Made by a program: the position numbers and the translations under genes
Part shown: positions 62,432 to 64,000 of the stretch, one piece after another
How the letters are laid out: every line of letters begins with the position of its first letter
Position numbering within the stretch: the first letter of the stretch is position 1
The notes under the pieces: generated by a model
What the model saw: only the letters and a program-made list of their open reading frames with translations
Told to the model about the DNA's origin: nothing
Databases searched by the model: none
DNA from: Haliotis rufescens
Lineage: Eukaryota
Assembly (NCBI RefSeq): GCF_023055435.1
Contig: NW_025963802.1
Span: forward strand, 35,774,001 to 35,838,000
Direction: 5' to 3'
DNA length: 64,000 bases

Positions 62432-63494
62432 GTGTCCATTTGAGAATTATCTGTAACGAGACAACTTTGACTTAAAAACTTGCTACTTTTCAGAATGAAT
62501 CTCTAATCCAATGATTTGCATGACCATGCAGTGTTAACAGTAAGGGGCAGTAACTCCAGCCACACCCGGGTACCTTGTCGGGTCTTTTAACTACCCACCC
62601 ATGCCCACCTGAATTATTTTGGGGAAAATCTGTAAGACAGCTAAAAAAAAGCATTACAGTGTGTTGCCTAGTTCCGTTGTAGCACTTCAGCTGTTAGTCC
62701 TGGTCACAATCAGATGGTGTGGGCTGTTGTACTCCATATTGGATTTACCGTAGCATCTGCACTGAGATCTCTGTGTGGAAGGAGCCAATAACTTGTATGT
62801 TAATCAGTACATGGTCCTGGACTGCAAAGGGATCTTAGCTCTAAGAATGTCCTAGCAACAATTCTTTAACATAGACTTGTGTTCGTCTTTGCGTGGACAT
62901 TGCTTTGTAGTGACGCTGATCACTATGCTCCTTGTGGCTATCAATGTTTTTGTTTTTTTCGCTGTGTCGAACCACTGGCAATATTTTTTCTATAATCCTA
63001 GTCAATATGAAAACAGATTATATTAACACTGAATGATGTAATTTAGAAAGTTGAGTCATGTAAGTCTGTATTTCAGAATGTTTGTAGTCCTTGTGGATCT
63101 TAGCATCTGTGTTACAGTACATGACAATACTAAGATCCTTATGTGGATCATGGCTACAAAACAGTGTTAAACCTCACTCACTCACTCAAGGTTACAGGCA
63201 ATCTTTAAGTAATCTTAGCCAAACAAATGTTGTAACAACTACATCTTAGTACTGTCTTATGATAGCTGTGAAGCTAAGATTTGTTGATAATGCCATCCAT
63301 GTTATGCTGCTGATAGACTGATAGATTCCAGGTACTTGAACCTCCTGGAGACCTGGAGACATTGTTTCAGTTCTCATTGCTTTGTGAGGATGTGTTCATG
63401 TTTAGATACTGTTGCCCAAGGACTAGTGTCAAACAGGACCTCAATATGACTGTAGTTCAAGACTCGAGGACACCATTACACAGTATTGCATGGT

Positions 63495-63662
63495 GGGATG
63501 TTATGACAGATATTACACCAGAATATATTCATGATTGTAAACCAACTAGATACACCATACATAACATATATTCATGATTGTACACCAACTAGATACACCA
63601 TACTTAGCATATATTCATGGTTGTACAACAACTAGAACCTTCATACATAGAATATATTCATG
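63495..63662. repeat. Diverged about 43-bp tandem repeat, about 4 copies
   Basis: Unit atatattcatgattgtacaccaactagatacaccatacat... Confidence 0.8.
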
Positions 63663-64000
63663 TATATGTACTCTGTTTGCTGACTGTTTTTCTGTGTATA
63701 TCATCCTGTAAATGGGCTGATTATTATGGACATATTTTCCTATATGGAAATGCACAGTTGTTATGCTTGTAGTCTTTTCACGCCCTCTTCACCAGTTGTC
63801 TCCCTTTTCCATATGTTTGTGGTGTGTAACATCTCTAGGTTATAAGACTATCATGATGAACCCACATTGTGGCTTTTAGATGCATATTGATTGAAGGTGC
63901 TTTTTACATTTTAAAATCCAAACTTTGATATGTTAATGAGTTTTTTGATTGAGTTTACTATCAAGGTGTTTTATATTTTGCTGTTGTGTTCAGTATACAA

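Overview
Repeat-rich metazoan genomic DNA with spliceosomal introns. The SINE families suggest a mollusc, most likely a gastropod such as abalone (inference). Three intron-containing genes can be reconstructed by hand. Two are tandem minus-strand paralogs of sperm flagellar protein 1 (SPEF1/CLAMP; N-terminal CH domain plus C-terminal coiled coil): copy A CDS 4984-15615 (246 aa) and copy B CDS 20839-37170 (251-267 aa), with identical intron phases. The third is a plus-strand Ikaros/Pegasus/TRPS1-like C2H2 zinc-finger gene (47814-51548, about 628 aa). Main finding: SPEF1 copy A has two intact, equally long (112 nt), synonymously saturated versions of CH-domain exon 2, which must be spliced mutually exclusively; nested hairpins lie in the intron between them. 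Other findings: a non-tRNA retroposon family whose 5' head folds into a pseudoknotted, ribozyme-like structure; Penelope remnants with a U3-A8 variant minimal hammerhead; a TRPS1-like SUMO/LC8/Ikaros-finger module; a triplicated splice acceptor that adds uORFs; a cluster of RFX X-box palindromes; a local template-switch duplication. The remainder is tRNA-SINEs, MITEs (MULE, hAT, Tc1/pogo, Harbinger-like), decayed Tc1 and MULE transposases, LINE 3' fragments, minisatellites and a 162-nt N gap. All coordinates were counted by hand.
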